This document shows positions 1-10,357 of a stretch of DNA of 64,000 nt, piece after piece. The stretch is from positions 1-64,000 of IMG/VR virus record IMGVR_UViG_3300017971_002536, one strand, 5' to 3'. Source of the DNA: a virus. Below the pieces are notes generated by a model. The model was not told where the DNA came from. It saw only the letters and a program-made list of their open reading frames with translations, and did no database searches. The stretch's first letter is position 1; each line of letters begins with the position of its first letter. Made by a program: the position numbers and the translations under genes.

Positions 1-1461
1 ATCATCGCCGTAATGGCGACCTACTATATCCCAGGTTTGACTCATAAGTTTTTTTCGTGTTTCGCCACGATCAGGAAATCCACTAAAAATCCATGCGTAA
101 AAATACTTGATAAAAAATGGAGTTGGATCGTCCTTTAACTGCCAGTTACTTCCTAATACATTCCACCTGTACATATGATTTACACCATACTTGAGCGGTA
201 AAAACTTTATTTCTTCATCATGTCCTTGTACAAAATAATTCAATACCGGTTGATCCGTTCCCCGCTTTACTACATTTGTTTGATAATCTACAAATACATC
301 ATGTTGAGCATAATAACGTTCTTTCATATGAAAAAGAATACCACTATGATTCTTATTGAGAATAACAAAACCACTATTGAAATACTTTTTCACATCAAAA
401 TCTACATCGTCAAATAATGGATGATAACCACGAGCACTTTCATATGTCCACTTCCAATTCTCCACAGATTTAAGAGCACAAAACTTGTGATCACTCATTT
501 CAAATATGTTCGGCATATCCCATTTAACCATAATCGACGCATCCGTTGAAAGTATTTGATCATACTTATCTTCGTCCAAAATATCTAAGATTTTCCACCA
601 ACGTTGCCAGTTTGGGCGGTGAGCCACTAAATCATCTTCAATCGGTTCTTCAAATGCGTAAAACTCAACTCCATTCTTTTCACACCAATATTCCCACGTC
701 CTCTTTGAGTAATCCATCCACGAATAATCACTGTGTCGCCCAACAAGAAATTTATCTTTACTCCGTAACCCAGTCCAAAATACTAAATTCTTTTTATTAT
801 CATCTTTTTTTAATTCTATTTTATCCATAATTGTATTCCATTTTTCAGATCCAACAAACAATTTTATATTCTTTTTTCGTAATTTATTTATTATTTTTGT
901 GTTTTTATCATCAAAATTCTTATCAATTCGGTGACCATGCAATTCCAAGTAAAGAACGTCAACATAATCAATAGAACCATCTTCAAACATCTTATCTAAT
1001 ACAAAATATTCGGCTCCCTCTATATCCATTTTAAGAACTATATAATCACCTTTATTAAATGTATTTATTATCCATTTACTAAAATCTATTCCATCTACTT
1101 CAAGTTTTTCTAATTTCCATTTTTTATTTAATGGAATTTCTCCGCGTTGAATCGCACCATCAAATTGTTTTTTCACACTATCCAATTTTTCTTTTATTAA
1201 TGAACTTCCAAAATGATCATGTGTATTACCATTTTTATCTTTTATATTACATCTCGGATCAAAATAAAATGCGTGTTTTTTGTCAGTAATTGACACTGCC
1301 ATTTCATAAAAAAATACATTCTTATTCTCAAGTTTCTTTTTAAATTCAGGATTTGGTTCAAAACTATATATTTCATATTTATCCGCGTCAGGATAATGTT
1401 TTCGAAATAAATCAATCGAACAACCATCATTAGCTCCAGCGTCAATAAAAACTTTTTTCAT
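1..1461 (-). CDS. FkbM-family methyltransferase fused to a GT-A (GT8/GT34-like) glycosyltransferase; 3' end runs off the window
   Basis: Not in the ORF track; translated by hand. ATG at 1461 overlaps the upstream TGA. MKKVFIDAGANDG..SFEPNP..LKMDIEGAE (FkbM) continues in frame into STDASIMV..YFNSGFV..GTDQPVLN (GT-A) with no stop down to position 1. Confidence 0.8.
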   Translation of the reverse strand, partial: MKKVFIDAGANDGCSIDLFRKHYPDADKYEIYSFEPNPEFKKKLENKNVFFYEMAVSITDKKHAFYFDPRCNIKDKNGNTHDHFGSSLIKEKLDSVKKQFDGAIQRGEIPLNKKWKLEKLEVDGIDFSKWIINTFNKGDYIVLKMDIEGAEYFVLDKMFEDGSIDYVDVLYLELHGHRIDKNFDDKNTKIINKLRKKNIKLFVGSEKWNTIMDKIELKKDDNKKNLVFWTGLRSKDKFLVGRHSDYSWMDYSKRTWEYWCEKNGVEFYAFEEPIEDDLVAHRPNWQRWWKILDILDEDKYDQILSTDASIMVKWDMPNIFEMSDHKFCALKSVENWKWTYESARGYHPLFDDVDFDVKKYFNSGFVILNKNHSGILFHMKERYYAQHDVFVDYQTNVVKRGTDQPVLNYFVQGHDEEIKFLPLKYGVNHMYRWNVLGSNWQLKDDPTPFFIKYFYAWIFSGFPDRGETRKKLMSQTWDIVGRHYGDD

Positions 1462-2300
1462 ACTAATGATCTCCTATTATGTAATTTTTGTACACCATCT
1501 TCATAAATTTTTGTTATATCAAGAGGCAAACCACTCTTTGACAAAAAACCTCGTTCACCTTCAATACAATAATTGCTTACTCGATAAGTATTTGACAAAC
1601 AATAAACTCTATCAAACAAATCATTATGTACCAAATAACCAACAAAATCAACTACATGATTATTCCACTCCGATACACCTTTATGATCCTTTGGAGTATC
1701 AAATTGACCTTCTCTTGTCAAGTTAACTCTTGAAAGATCAAACTTTCCACCTATCATTTCCATCATTTCTTTTGAAAAGAAATCAAATGATCCTCTCAAA
1801 TGTGGACGACCCGTGATAAAAGCATTTGTGATAACTAACCAATCACTTTTCCACATCTTCGGACGAAAACTTTTACTCAAATAATCATTATGATATAAAC
1901 CATCTACCTTTCCCTCAAGAGCAACCTCAAATATATTATTACCTACAATAAAATTATCGTCGTGTGTAATCAATAACGCATCATATGGACGATGATTCTT
2001 TTCTAACCATTGATTAGCACATCCCCAATCTCCTATTGTATTCGGTTCTAATGTATATCTCCAACCAAGTTTTTCTATTTGTTGTTGTGTCGCCACTTGA
2101 CGGTATAAAATCCTATCCAAATCCTTGAGTAAACTACCACCATCTATATTACTCTTTTCTTCTATGGCGTATGACGGGTCACGGTGTGAAACACAAATGT
2201 ATTCAACATACCAATCCATAGGTATTCTTTGTTCCATCATTCTACGATAAAAATGTAATGAGAAATGCCACCCAGTAGCAATCACTACTAATTTTTTCAT
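1458..2300 (-). CDS. Putative GT-A glycosyltransferase
   Basis: THDDN DxD-like motif; context in glycan cluster; start moved to MKKLVV. Confidence 0.5.
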   Translation of the reverse strand: MKKLVVIATGWHFSLHFYRRMMEQRIPMDWYVEYICVSHRDPSYAIEEKSNIDGGSLLKDLDRILYRQVATQQQIEKLGWRYTLEPNTIGDWGCANQWLEKNHRPYDALLITHDDNFIVGNNIFEVALEGKVDGLYHNDYLSKSFRPKMWKSDWLVITNAFITGRPHLRGSFDFFSKEMMEMIGGKFDLSRVNLTREGQFDTPKDHKGVSEWNNHVVDFVGYLVHNDLFDRVYCLSNTYRVSNYCIEGERGFLSKSGLPLDITKIYEDGVQKLHNRRSLV

Positions 2301-2878
2301 TTCGCCCCCCATATCACAGATAATCCTGTTCTTCTATCAAATAAAATTTCATGTTTATGTTTCATTTCAGAAAATCTCTTTTGCATTCTTTGATCACATA
2401 CAAGTTCTCTTTGTCCATTTGCACCACCTTCAAAAAATAAAGGCATACCATTCTCCATTTGTTCTTTTATAAAATCATTCGCCATAAAAAAATCGATAAC
2501 TGAACCATCATTGTGTATGTCCAAATATAACATATCTATTCTTTCAAACGGTGGCTCAAGTAACCACATATAAGCATCTTGATTCTCTAAAGTTATCCAT
2601 TCATTCAATTCAAGTTCATCAACTTCTTTTTGAACAAAATTTATATCCGTTCCCCAATCTGGCTCATTGTAATAATCATAACTTGTTAAGTGACCAAACC
2701 TATTTTCTCTTAATGCTACTCCCATACACAATGTTGTAAACCCTCGACCCGTACCAAGTTCCACAACTACTTCAGGTTTCTTTTTTACAATATGATCGTA
2801 TAAAAAAGTTCCCATTTCATAAGGATATTTGCTTCTTGGAGTTACAACTTTTAATTTTTCCTCAACCCGATATTCCAT
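2297..2878 (-). CDS. Class I SAM-dependent O-methyltransferase (Methyltransf_24-like)
   Basis: VVELGTGRGFTT motif I; IDMLYLDIHN. Confidence 0.8.
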   Translation of the reverse strand: MEYRVEEKLKVVTPRSKYPYEMGTFLYDHIVKKKPEVVVELGTGRGFTTLCMGVALRENRFGHLTSYDYYNEPDWGTDINFVQKEVDELELNEWITLENQDAYMWLLEPPFERIDMLYLDIHNDGSVIDFFMANDFIKEQMENGMPLFFEGGANGQRELVCDQRMQKRFSEMKHKHEILFDRRTGLSVIWGAK

Positions 2879-3782
2879 TCACTACCTCTACTATTTTTTC
2901 AATTTCTTCTTTTTTTAGTTTTTCATGAAATGGTATACTCAATGTTGTGTTTGATTCCATTATTGATTGTGGTAAAAACACATCTTCCTTACAATATACC
3001 GGATTCAAATGTTGAGCGGTATAATGAATTCCATACGCTATATTATTCTTTTTAAATTCTTTAATAGCTTTATCTCGATCAAATACATTTATTCTATATA
3101 AATGACTACTCGTATTTTCTTTACGAAAATAACAATTATATATTACTCGTATTGTATCTAACATAGAATCTTTATGACCTAAATTTATAAAGTTTTGTTT
3201 AATCACATAGGCTTGAGCTGAATTCATATACATTTTAAAACCCGGGAATTTTATCTCTCTTTCCCAATTATTATCGGCGTAACTCATTCCATTAAATGAT
3301 GCTTCTCTAAACCACTCTATTTTTTTATAGTCATTACTTACCACTAAACCACCGTCCATACCACTTATCGGCTTCGTCGGATAAAAACTAAATATCATTA
3401 AATCATCGTCATTTGCTTCTTTTTTAAATTGATCCTTTTCCAACTTTTGAGCAGAATCAATGATTTTGTACTGACCAAAATCATGTAAAACGTATGAACC
3501 ACCAACCCACTCAATATTGTCTACAAACTCTATTTTATTACCTGCCGTTAATATAGCATTCAATACAACAGGTGGAATGATTGATGGTACTTTTACGCGT
3601 ACTTGTTGACCTAACATTGAAAGAAATATAGCATTTGTAGCACTATTCATCGCACAACCATATTTAGCACCTACATAATCAGTAATAGATTCTTCCACTT
3701 CTTTTACGATGTCGCCATGTAAAAAATGGTTGAACTTCTTTGTGTTTATTTTGTGATTTGGAATGTTGAATAATTTTATCAT
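2862..3782 (-). CDS. DegT/DnrJ/EryC1/StrS PLP-dependent sugar aminotransferase (compact)
   Basis: NSATNA, IIDSAQ, FSFYPTK..GMDGG, GIHY, TLSIPFH. Confidence 0.85.
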   Translation of the reverse strand: MIKLFNIPNHKINTKKFNHFLHGDIVKEVEESITDYVGAKYGCAMNSATNAIFLSMLGQQVRVKVPSIIPPVVLNAILTAGNKIEFVDNIEWVGGSYVLHDFGQYKIIDSAQKLEKDQFKKEANDDDLMIFSFYPTKPISGMDGGLVVSNDYKKIEWFREASFNGMSYADNNWEREIKFPGFKMYMNSAQAYVIKQNFINLGHKDSMLDTIRVIYNCYFRKENTSSHLYRINVFDRDKAIKEFKKNNIAYGIHYTAQHLNPVYCKEDVFLPQSIMESNTTLSIPFHEKLKKEEIEKIVEVVNGISG

Positions 3783-4558
3783 TGGCGAACCTCATATCCT
3801 AATTCGTCGATTACTTCTAAAAATTCCTCAGATAAATCAAAATCTAATTTTATGTTTTCATGAATGGATGCTCCACGAACACCACCGGGATCAACATCAT
3901 TATATGGAACATCTAAAAATCTATAAATTATTCCTAAATTTTTCTTTGGTTCTCTACATATGTTTTCATACTTCATTGTAATAACTCTATCCGGTATTTG
4001 TTTCTTCATTTCTATAACATTCTTTTGTGTCTTTGTCCAAAAATCTATTATCTCTTTATTCGTGTCGCCCCATAACTTGGCAGTCTTTCCAAATGTTGTT
4101 GTACTACCAAGAAAATCTTGTGGGTGGCGAATAAGATGAATGTACTTTGGTTCAGGTAAATTTTCTTCAGTCCATTTGAATATCTCAGGTTCGCTTTGTT
4201 GTGTTGGTTTCTTGTCACCTAAATAAATCGTGTCCTCTCTCGTTTCCCTCTGCCAATGTGTTCCATTTTTCATCAACTCTCGTTGACACATTTCATATAA
4301 TTCAAATGGTGTGTGTTCTTCAAAAGTTTCCAAAAATCTACGAGACTTTTTTATCGTGTCGCCCATCGCCTGCGGCGAATCAATCTCACATGGTTGTATT
4401 TCACCTAATGGAGTTTTTAACTTATATAAATTATACAATATCCAAATAATATCACTTTCATGTGTTATATAAACATTGTCATTGTTACTTGTTAACAATC
4501 TTCCAACAAAAGATGTCCCAGATCTAACTATTCCTAAAAAGAATACCGGTTTAATCAT
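3779..4558 (-). CDS. PAPS-dependent sulfotransferase
   Basis: GIVRSGTS 5'-PSB loop; IHLIRHPQD 3'-PB motif; MKYENI. Confidence 0.85.
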   Translation of the reverse strand: MIKPVFFLGIVRSGTSFVGRLLTSNNDNVYITHESDIIWILYNLYKLKTPLGEIQPCEIDSPQAMGDTIKKSRRFLETFEEHTPFELYEMCQRELMKNGTHWQRETREDTIYLGDKKPTQQSEPEIFKWTEENLPEPKYIHLIRHPQDFLGSTTTFGKTAKLWGDTNKEIIDFWTKTQKNVIEMKKQIPDRVITMKYENICREPKKNLGIIYRFLDVPYNDVDPGGVRGASIHENIKLDFDLSEEFLEVIDELGYEVRQ

Positions 4559-4617
4559 TCACCAACCTCATAAATTTCATCCATCATATGATTTGTCCTG
4601 CTAATCCGTCCCAATGA

Positions 4618-5343
4618 TTACCTGCTCGATTTACATCCATTTACTATCTCCTTCATCTTTTCAATATTCAATGTCGTATTCTTCGCCATTCCCACATCTT
4701 TTACCTCGTCATAATACATCTTACCAATATCAGGATTATCTTCCTTAGCAAATTCATATATCGATCTACCTATTCCACCAACATTTATTATTCCCTTTTC
4801 GTCCAACAATTCATGGGTTATTTCGGCAGCTTCATCGTCATAAATTAAACTCTTTTTTATATCAACAATCGCCTTTGGATGTGGAAATGGGCGATTGTTC
4901 ATACATATTCTTAATATCAATGAATTGTCATACATATGAACTGAACACTCTCCACCTAACTTTGACCAACCATATCTATTAAAAGGTTTCAATGGATCAT
5001 CTTCGTTGTAATCGCCTTTCGTTCCGGGATAAACATAATCCGTAGAAATGTAAACCAACTTTACATCATGTCTCATACACGCTATAACTACATTTCCTGT
5101 ACCAATGATATTTGATTCTATACTGATTATTGGATCACGTTCATGTTTCACCATCGGACGAGTAAACGCAGCAGCATGAAGAAATATATCAGGTTGAACA
5201 TCCTCAATAATTTTCTCGATTGACCAATAATCTCTCACGTCCAATGTAGCTTTATTTGGAGCATAAATTGTATGTCTACCATTATTTGCTCTCAGGAACG
5301 CTTGAGCAAACTTACCATGACCACCAGAAATTAATATTTTCAT
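4618..5343 (-). CDS. rmlD: dTDP-4-dehydrorhamnose reductase-like SDR
   Basis: ILISGGHG, HAAAFT, YISTDYVY.G, P.NRYGWSKLGGE. Confidence 0.8.
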   Translation of the reverse strand: MKILISGGHGKFAQAFLRANNGRHTIYAPNKATLDVRDYWSIEKIIEDVQPDIFLHAAAFTRPMVKHERDPIISIESNIIGTGNVVIACMRHDVKLVYISTDYVYPGTKGDYNEDDPLKPFNRYGWSKLGGECSVHMYDNSLILRICMNNRPFPHPKAIVDIKKSLIYDDEAAEITHELLDEKGIINVGGIGRSIYEFAKEDNPDIGKMYYDEVKDVGMAKNTTLNIEKMKEIVNGCKSSR

Positions 5344-6278
5344 TTTAAATTCCTCAATAAATTCATTGTGTCTTGTATATCTTCTCGTATGTCGCCAGTT
5401 GTCTTAAAACCTCTTTCCGTTATTTTTACTTGACTCACATAATAAGAATATTGATTCAATAATGGTGTATCAACCCAATCAATATTTACTTTATGTGGCG
5501 AATATAAAGAAATATAATTGATTATTTGTTCCAAACTATAATTTTTTGTCAATACATTAAATGTATCTCCATCTAAATTGGCCCACTCTATAGCCATTTT
5601 TATCGCTTCAACCGCATCTACTAAACTCAAATATGGACGAACCATTTTATAATTCTCCGTCCACACAGTTAAAGGAATTCCCAGTGACGCTTGATAACAA
5701 AACTTATTCACTGCGGTATGAAATCTCATTCCCGGACTCACACCATGTATAGTTCCAAAACGAAATATTACATGATTGTTTCTATTAAATTTTGATCTAA
5801 TATAATCCTCAATCTCAACTTTAGCTTCAGCATAAGGGCTTTGTGGATTTATATAATTACTATGTTCAATAACAACTTGATCTTTACTCGCGACTCCATA
5901 CACACTTGTAGACGATGGAAATATAAATTTTACTTTCGCATCTACACATTGATCTATAAAGATTTTTGTTTGTTCAATATTCACATCTTCAAGTTGTTTT
6001 TTATTCTTAAAACTACCTGCAGCATCGGTAATCGCAGCAGAATGATAAACAACATCAAATTGTTGTAAAAAATCAACTCCAACCGCATCAATCGATTTCT
6101 CTACAAATGTAATTGGTTGTTCCATACTAAATAATGAACAATAACGATTTGTCATAAAATTATCTAAAATCGTTATTACATATTTATCCTCTTTCATATT
6201 TAAGGCTCTCGCCAAATATGAACCGATGTGACCTAAACCACCGGTGATCAATATCCTCTTTATTTTTTCATTCATCAT
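5340..6278 (-). CDS. NAD-dependent nucleotide-sugar epimerase/reductase (extended SDR)
   Basis: ITGGLGHIGS, SSTSVYG, YAEAK. Confidence 0.85.
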   Translation of the reverse strand: MMNEKIKRILITGGLGHIGSYLARALNMKEDKYVITILDNFMTNRYCSLFSMEQPITFVEKSIDAVGVDFLQQFDVVYHSAAITDAAGSFKNKKQLEDVNIEQTKIFIDQCVDAKVKFIFPSSTSVYGVASKDQVVIEHSNYINPQSPYAEAKVEIEDYIRSKFNRNNHVIFRFGTIHGVSPGMRFHTAVNKFCYQASLGIPLTVWTENYKMVRPYLSLVDAVEAIKMAIEWANLDGDTFNVLTKNYSLEQIINYISLYSPHKVNIDWVDTPLLNQYSYYVSQVKITERGFKTTGDIREDIQDTMNLLRNLK

Positions 6279-6678
6279 TCTTTAACTCCTTAAATCTCTC
6301 CATGTCAAATATGTAATCTTCCCTTGAATACTTTTGGTTGGCGAATACACATAAAATACTACCCTCGTGATATACTTGTTCATCCCAAATCATTTCCGGA
6401 ATAAATAACGCTTTCTTTGGTGAATCTAATACAAAATGTGACCAACTTTTACCATCACAACAAGATACCTCAACTACTCCACTCAAACAAACTAACACTT
6501 GTTCAGTTTTATAGTGTGCGTGTTGTCCACGAACATCATTATCCTTTACATCATATACATAAAATACTCTCTTTATGGGAAATGGAACGTCAATGTTGCT
6601 TTCAATCGGAACAAGATTTCCATTCTTCTCTGTAAAACATCTAAACTCATAAAAAAGAATGTCATTATTTGTTGTCAT
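6268..6678 (-). CDS. fdtA: FdtA/QdtA-family dTDP-6-deoxy-3,4-ketohexulose isomerase (cupin)
   Basis: GNLVPIE..VPFPIKRVFY..RGQHAH..EQVL..YSREDYI. Confidence 0.85.
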   Translation of the reverse strand: MTTNNDILFYEFRCFTEKNGNLVPIESNIDVPFPIKRVFYVYDVKDNDVRGQHAHYKTEQVLVCLSGVVEVSCCDGKSWSHFVLDSPKKALFIPEMIWDEQVYHEGSILCVFANQKYSREDYIFDMERFKELKNDE

Positions 6679-7859
6679 TATATAACCCTTACATTTGGAA
6701 CATGACTTATAAACTTTCCACCACGATTAACATACTCTTGTTCTTTACCCATAATCTCTTTTTCATAATTCCACGCACCAAGAAACGCGTAATCGATCCC
6801 ATCTAATGCGTTTTCTTTATAAGGTATAACAGGAATATGAACACCAGGTAAAACTTTCCCTTGTTTCTCTGGCGTTGTATCTAAAATATAATAAATGAGA
6901 TTTTGATTTATCTCACAATAATTGAATACCGTAGTTGACTTTGAAGTTGCTCCATAACTAATAACCATCTTACCTTGATCTTTTAATGTTAATAAAAGTT
7001 GTCTAAGAGCATCTTTTGATTTTTTAACGTTGTCGCCAAACTTCTCGTATGTCTCAATGTAATTTACTCCACGTCTTTGTTCGTCAACTAAATGTTTGAT
7101 CACACTCTCATGATATGAATGTTGGCGACTATATTTCTTCTTTACCCATATCCTGTTCGATCCACCATGTACGCTCAACTCGTCCACTCTAAATATGTCT
7201 AATCCATGTTGTGATAATATGTTCTTTAACGCGGTTACAGAAAAAATGTGCGCATGTTCGTCATATATTTGATCATATGAAGTCCTATCTAACATTGAAA
7301 ATAATGACGGATCTTCAAATACAAAAATTCCATCGTCGTGTAATATTGTGTCTATTCCTGCAAATGTGTCGTGTAAATCTTGAATATGACACATACAATT
7401 AGCAGCAAATACAACATTCATTCTTCCTATTTCATTTACTAACTGTTTCGCTAAAACATTCGTCCAAAATTTGTTATATGTTTTGTAACCCATTTCATTT
7501 GTCATATCACAAAAATTTCCACATGGTTCAACAGCAAATGCTTTGTCAGTATCGAAGTGTTTCAAAAAAACTCCATCATCACTACCAATTTCTAAAATTT
7601 TATCAGGATCATGTCTTGTCTTTATTATACTCGCCACGTCCTTAAAATGTTCCCTCATTGTTAAAGAAAGTGAAGAACGATATGCGTAATGATCGTGAAA
7701 CATTAACTTTGGCGGAACAAAATCTACAAGTGATACAAGTTTATTTTCATCATTGAACTTTACTTTCAAATCGAAAAAGTATTCATCGTCAAATTGATCT
7801 GGCGTTAAAAAGTTATTGGCTATTGGTTGTTTACCTAAATCCAAAAATACGTGTTCCAT
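6678..7859 (-). CDS. NDP-hexose C-methyltransferase (TcaB9/NovU/TylC3-like)
   Basis: LDLGKQPIANNFL, LEIGSDDG, YDQIYDEH, HGGS, YGATSK, GAWNY. Confidence 0.85.
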   Translation of the reverse strand: MEHVFLDLGKQPIANNFLTPDQFDDEYFFDLKVKFNDENKLVSLVDFVPPKLMFHDHYAYRSSLSLTMREHFKDVASIIKTRHDPDKILEIGSDDGVFLKHFDTDKAFAVEPCGNFCDMTNEMGYKTYNKFWTNVLAKQLVNEIGRMNVVFAANCMCHIQDLHDTFAGIDTILHDDGIFVFEDPSLFSMLDRTSYDQIYDEHAHIFSVTALKNILSQHGLDIFRVDELSVHGGSNRIWVKKKYSRQHSYHESVIKHLVDEQRRGVNYIETYEKFGDNVKKSKDALRQLLLTLKDQGKMVISYGATSKSTTVFNYCEINQNLIYYILDTTPEKQGKVLPGVHIPVIPYKENALDGIDYAFLGAWNYEKEIMGKEQEYVNRGGKFISHVPNVRVI

Positions 7860-7860
7860 A

Positions 7861-8574
7861 TTATTTCCTTTCTCTATCTACATTTCTTATCGTTCTATAT
7901 CCTTGTAACTTGTGATGGTGTAACCAACATTGACCTACTATAAAAAATCTCGCCCCATCTTCCTTCATTCTCCAAAACTCACCTTCTTGACCGCCCCACT
8001 TACCGTCTCCACCATCATATTTATGTTTCAACGCAAAAAGTTCTTCGTTTGAATGTCGATATGTCTCATAATATTTTGGTGTAAACGCAAAAAAGAATCC
8101 ATTTGGAATATCCTTACCGGCCCCACTCAACTCAAATGTTTCGTCTATTGGTTCATTTTGATTTTGTTTTGTTCCACTCCAAATACCATTTGATACAGGA
8201 CCAAATAATGACTCGTCTTTATGTGGATGTTCATTTATAATGTTAACAAAATTATTTATTGTTTCATTGAAATACATATCGTCCGCCATACCCATAATCA
8301 AATCACAACCATCTTCATAGGCTTGATGTATTCCAAGATTCCACGCACCGGTCACACCTTTTTCAAATTGATTTTCAATGTAAGTATATTCAATGTTTGT
8401 TGCGTTTAACCACCGTGAATAGTTATACTTTTCTACTGAACTATTGTCCACAAGATATATTTTATATGGAAATTTAGCAAAACTAACTAAACTATAAATA
8501 TACTCGTCTATAAATTCAAAACCATGTGGACGCATATCAGATTGATGTCCTATAATAACTGCTCCTACTTTCAT
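7861..8574 (-). CDS. GT2-like glycosyltransferase
   Basis: IYLVDNSS, GAWNLGI, MADD, GPVSN, HHHK. Confidence 0.7.
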   Translation of the reverse strand: MKVGAVIIGHQSDMRPHGFEFIDEYIYSLVSFAKFPYKIYLVDNSSVEKYNYSRWLNATNIEYTYIENQFEKGVTGAWNLGIHQAYEDGCDLIMGMADDMYFNETINNFVNIINEHPHKDESLFGPVSNGIWSGTKQNQNEPIDETFELSGAGKDIPNGFFFAFTPKYYETYRHSNEELFALKHKYDGGDGKWGGQEGEFWRMKEDGARFFIVGQCWLHHHKLQGYRTIRNVDRERK

Positions 8575-9575
8575 ATTACTACTCCACTTAACATTTTATA
8601 GTGATAATATTCATCCCAATATTCTATCATTTCATCTAACATACTTTCAAATGTATATTCAGGTTCCCAAGCTAATGTTGATTGTAATTTTACGGGATCA
8701 CCTTTCAATTCCCAAAGTTCTTCAGGTCTAAGATACTTTTCATCAGTCTTAATATATTTACGATCCAAATTAAGTTTATCAAAAACATAACGAACCAATT
8801 CACCAACCGAGTGTGAAACTCCGGTAGCACAAACAAAATCATCAGGAATATTATGTTGTAAAATTAACCACATTGCGTTTACATAATCTTTAGCATGACC
8901 CCAATCTCGTTTAGCCATAAGATTTCCTAAAACCAACTCTTTCTTCAATCCATATTTTATTTCAGTCGCCCCTTTTACAACCTTGTTCGTAACAAAATTC
9001 GTTCCACGTCTTGGCGACTCGTGATTGAATAAAATTCCATTCGCTGCAAACAATCCATAAGAGTTTCTATAATTTTTAACGATATTAAACCCAAAAAGTT
9101 TCGAACAACCATAAGGGCTTACAGGATTCATTGGTGTAGTCTCTCGTTGAAATCCATCTTTATCAACATTGTTACCAAACATTTCACTTGAACTCGCTTG
9201 ATAAAACTTGGCTTTTGGAACAACCAATCTCATTGACTCTAAAAGATTCAACGTTCCTATCGCATTCGTTTGTGTTGTGTATATTGGTTGATCAAAACTT
9301 ATCCTTACGTGTGATTGAGCAGCAAGATTGTAGATTTCATCAGGTTTTGATTTTTGTAATACACTAATCAATGAAGCCATATCATTCATGTCGCCATAGA
9401 CGAGCCTCAACTCTTTATCAATATGATCTTTATAAACATCTATTCGATCCGTTTGGTTTTCGCTTATACTATTTCTCTTGATAATTCCCCAAACTTCATA
9501 ACCCTTTTCAATAAGTAATCTGGCTAAATATGATCCATCTTGACCATTTATTCCAGTTATCAGTGCTCTTTTCAT
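8571..9575 (-). CDS. gmd: GDP-mannose 4,6-dehydratase
   Basis: ALITGINGQDGSYLA, YNLAAQSHV, QASSSEMFG, NHESPRRG, RDWGHAKDYV. Confidence 0.97.
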   Translation of the reverse strand: MKRALITGINGQDGSYLARLLIEKGYEVWGIIKRNSISENQTDRIDVYKDHIDKELRLVYGDMNDMASLISVLQKSKPDEIYNLAAQSHVRISFDQPIYTTQTNAIGTLNLLESMRLVVPKAKFYQASSSEMFGNNVDKDGFQRETTPMNPVSPYGCSKLFGFNIVKNYRNSYGLFAANGILFNHESPRRGTNFVTNKVVKGATEIKYGLKKELVLGNLMAKRDWGHAKDYVNAMWLILQHNIPDDFVCATGVSHSVGELVRYVFDKLNLDRKYIKTDEKYLRPEELWELKGDPVKLQSTLAWEPEYTFESMLDEMIEYWDEYYHYKMLSGVVI

Positions 9576-10357
9576 TTATAATCCCTCACAAATTTATCTA
9601 AATCATTAAAAACATCGTCTTTATTTTCCATATAAAAATCCGACCACGATCCCCAGAAATCAGCATATTTTGAACGAATATCATATTTTCTTGACGGCAA
9701 TAAATCATTCTTTGGTAAATCAACATCGAAAATTTCTTTAGCAATCTCACCCACTTTTATTGGCTCAGACACCAAATTAACTATATCTAATTCATGTTCT
9801 AAACAAGTTAATATATCATCCCAAAGATATTTTAAATTATATATAGGTAATTCGTTGTCAGGATTAATATCCTCTACTCTTTCATTATGGATTAAATCAT
9901 ATATGAAATTCTTTTTAAGTCCTTCGCCAAACAAAATTGGTAATCTAAGTATCAATGGATTACTATATTGAATAGAAATAAGATTCTCCAAAAATAAACG
10001 ATTTTTACCATAATCATCAAGTATACTTGGATGTATGTTTGAATCTTCATCTATTCTAACTTTGTTTGAATAAACTTCTACCGTAGAAACTAACACAACC
10101 TTTTTAACACCTTGAACTAAATTCAAGTGTGATAACAACGCACCAATCCCAACTCTATCTTCACCAGGAAATTTATTGGCGACAATCCTACTTCCACCGG
10201 GAGCAGCAATGATAACTAACTCGTATTCCTTTCCATATATTTCATGTATGTTCGATGTGTTGTATAAATGGATAGCATCATTTTGCTGAAGAAATATGTT
10301 GTGTCCTACAAATCCTGTGTGACCTATAAGAGCTGTTTTATGACCTATTATTTTCAT
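9572..10357 (-). CDS. NAD-dependent epimerase/reductase family protein
   Basis: ALIGHTGFVG, VSTVEVY, YGKNR, LRLPILFG. Confidence 0.75.
   Translation of the reverse strand: MKIIGHKTALIGHTGFVGHNIFLQQNDAIHLYNTSNIHEIYGKEYELVIIAAPGGSRIVANKFPGEDRVGIGALLSHLNLVQGVKKVVLVSTVEVYSNKVRIDEDSNIHPSILDDYGKNRLFLENLISIQYSNPLILRLPILFGEGLKKNFIYDLIHNERVEDINPDNELPIYNLKYLWDDILTCLEHELDIVNLVSEPIKVGEIAKEIFDVDLPKNDLLPSRKYDIRSKYADFWGSWSDFYMENKDDVFNDLDKFVRDYK

Noticed and set aside
4552-4640. Selenocysteine read-through of the TGA at 4584-4586
   Set aside because: The product would be about 29 aa with no redox motif or evident SECIS.
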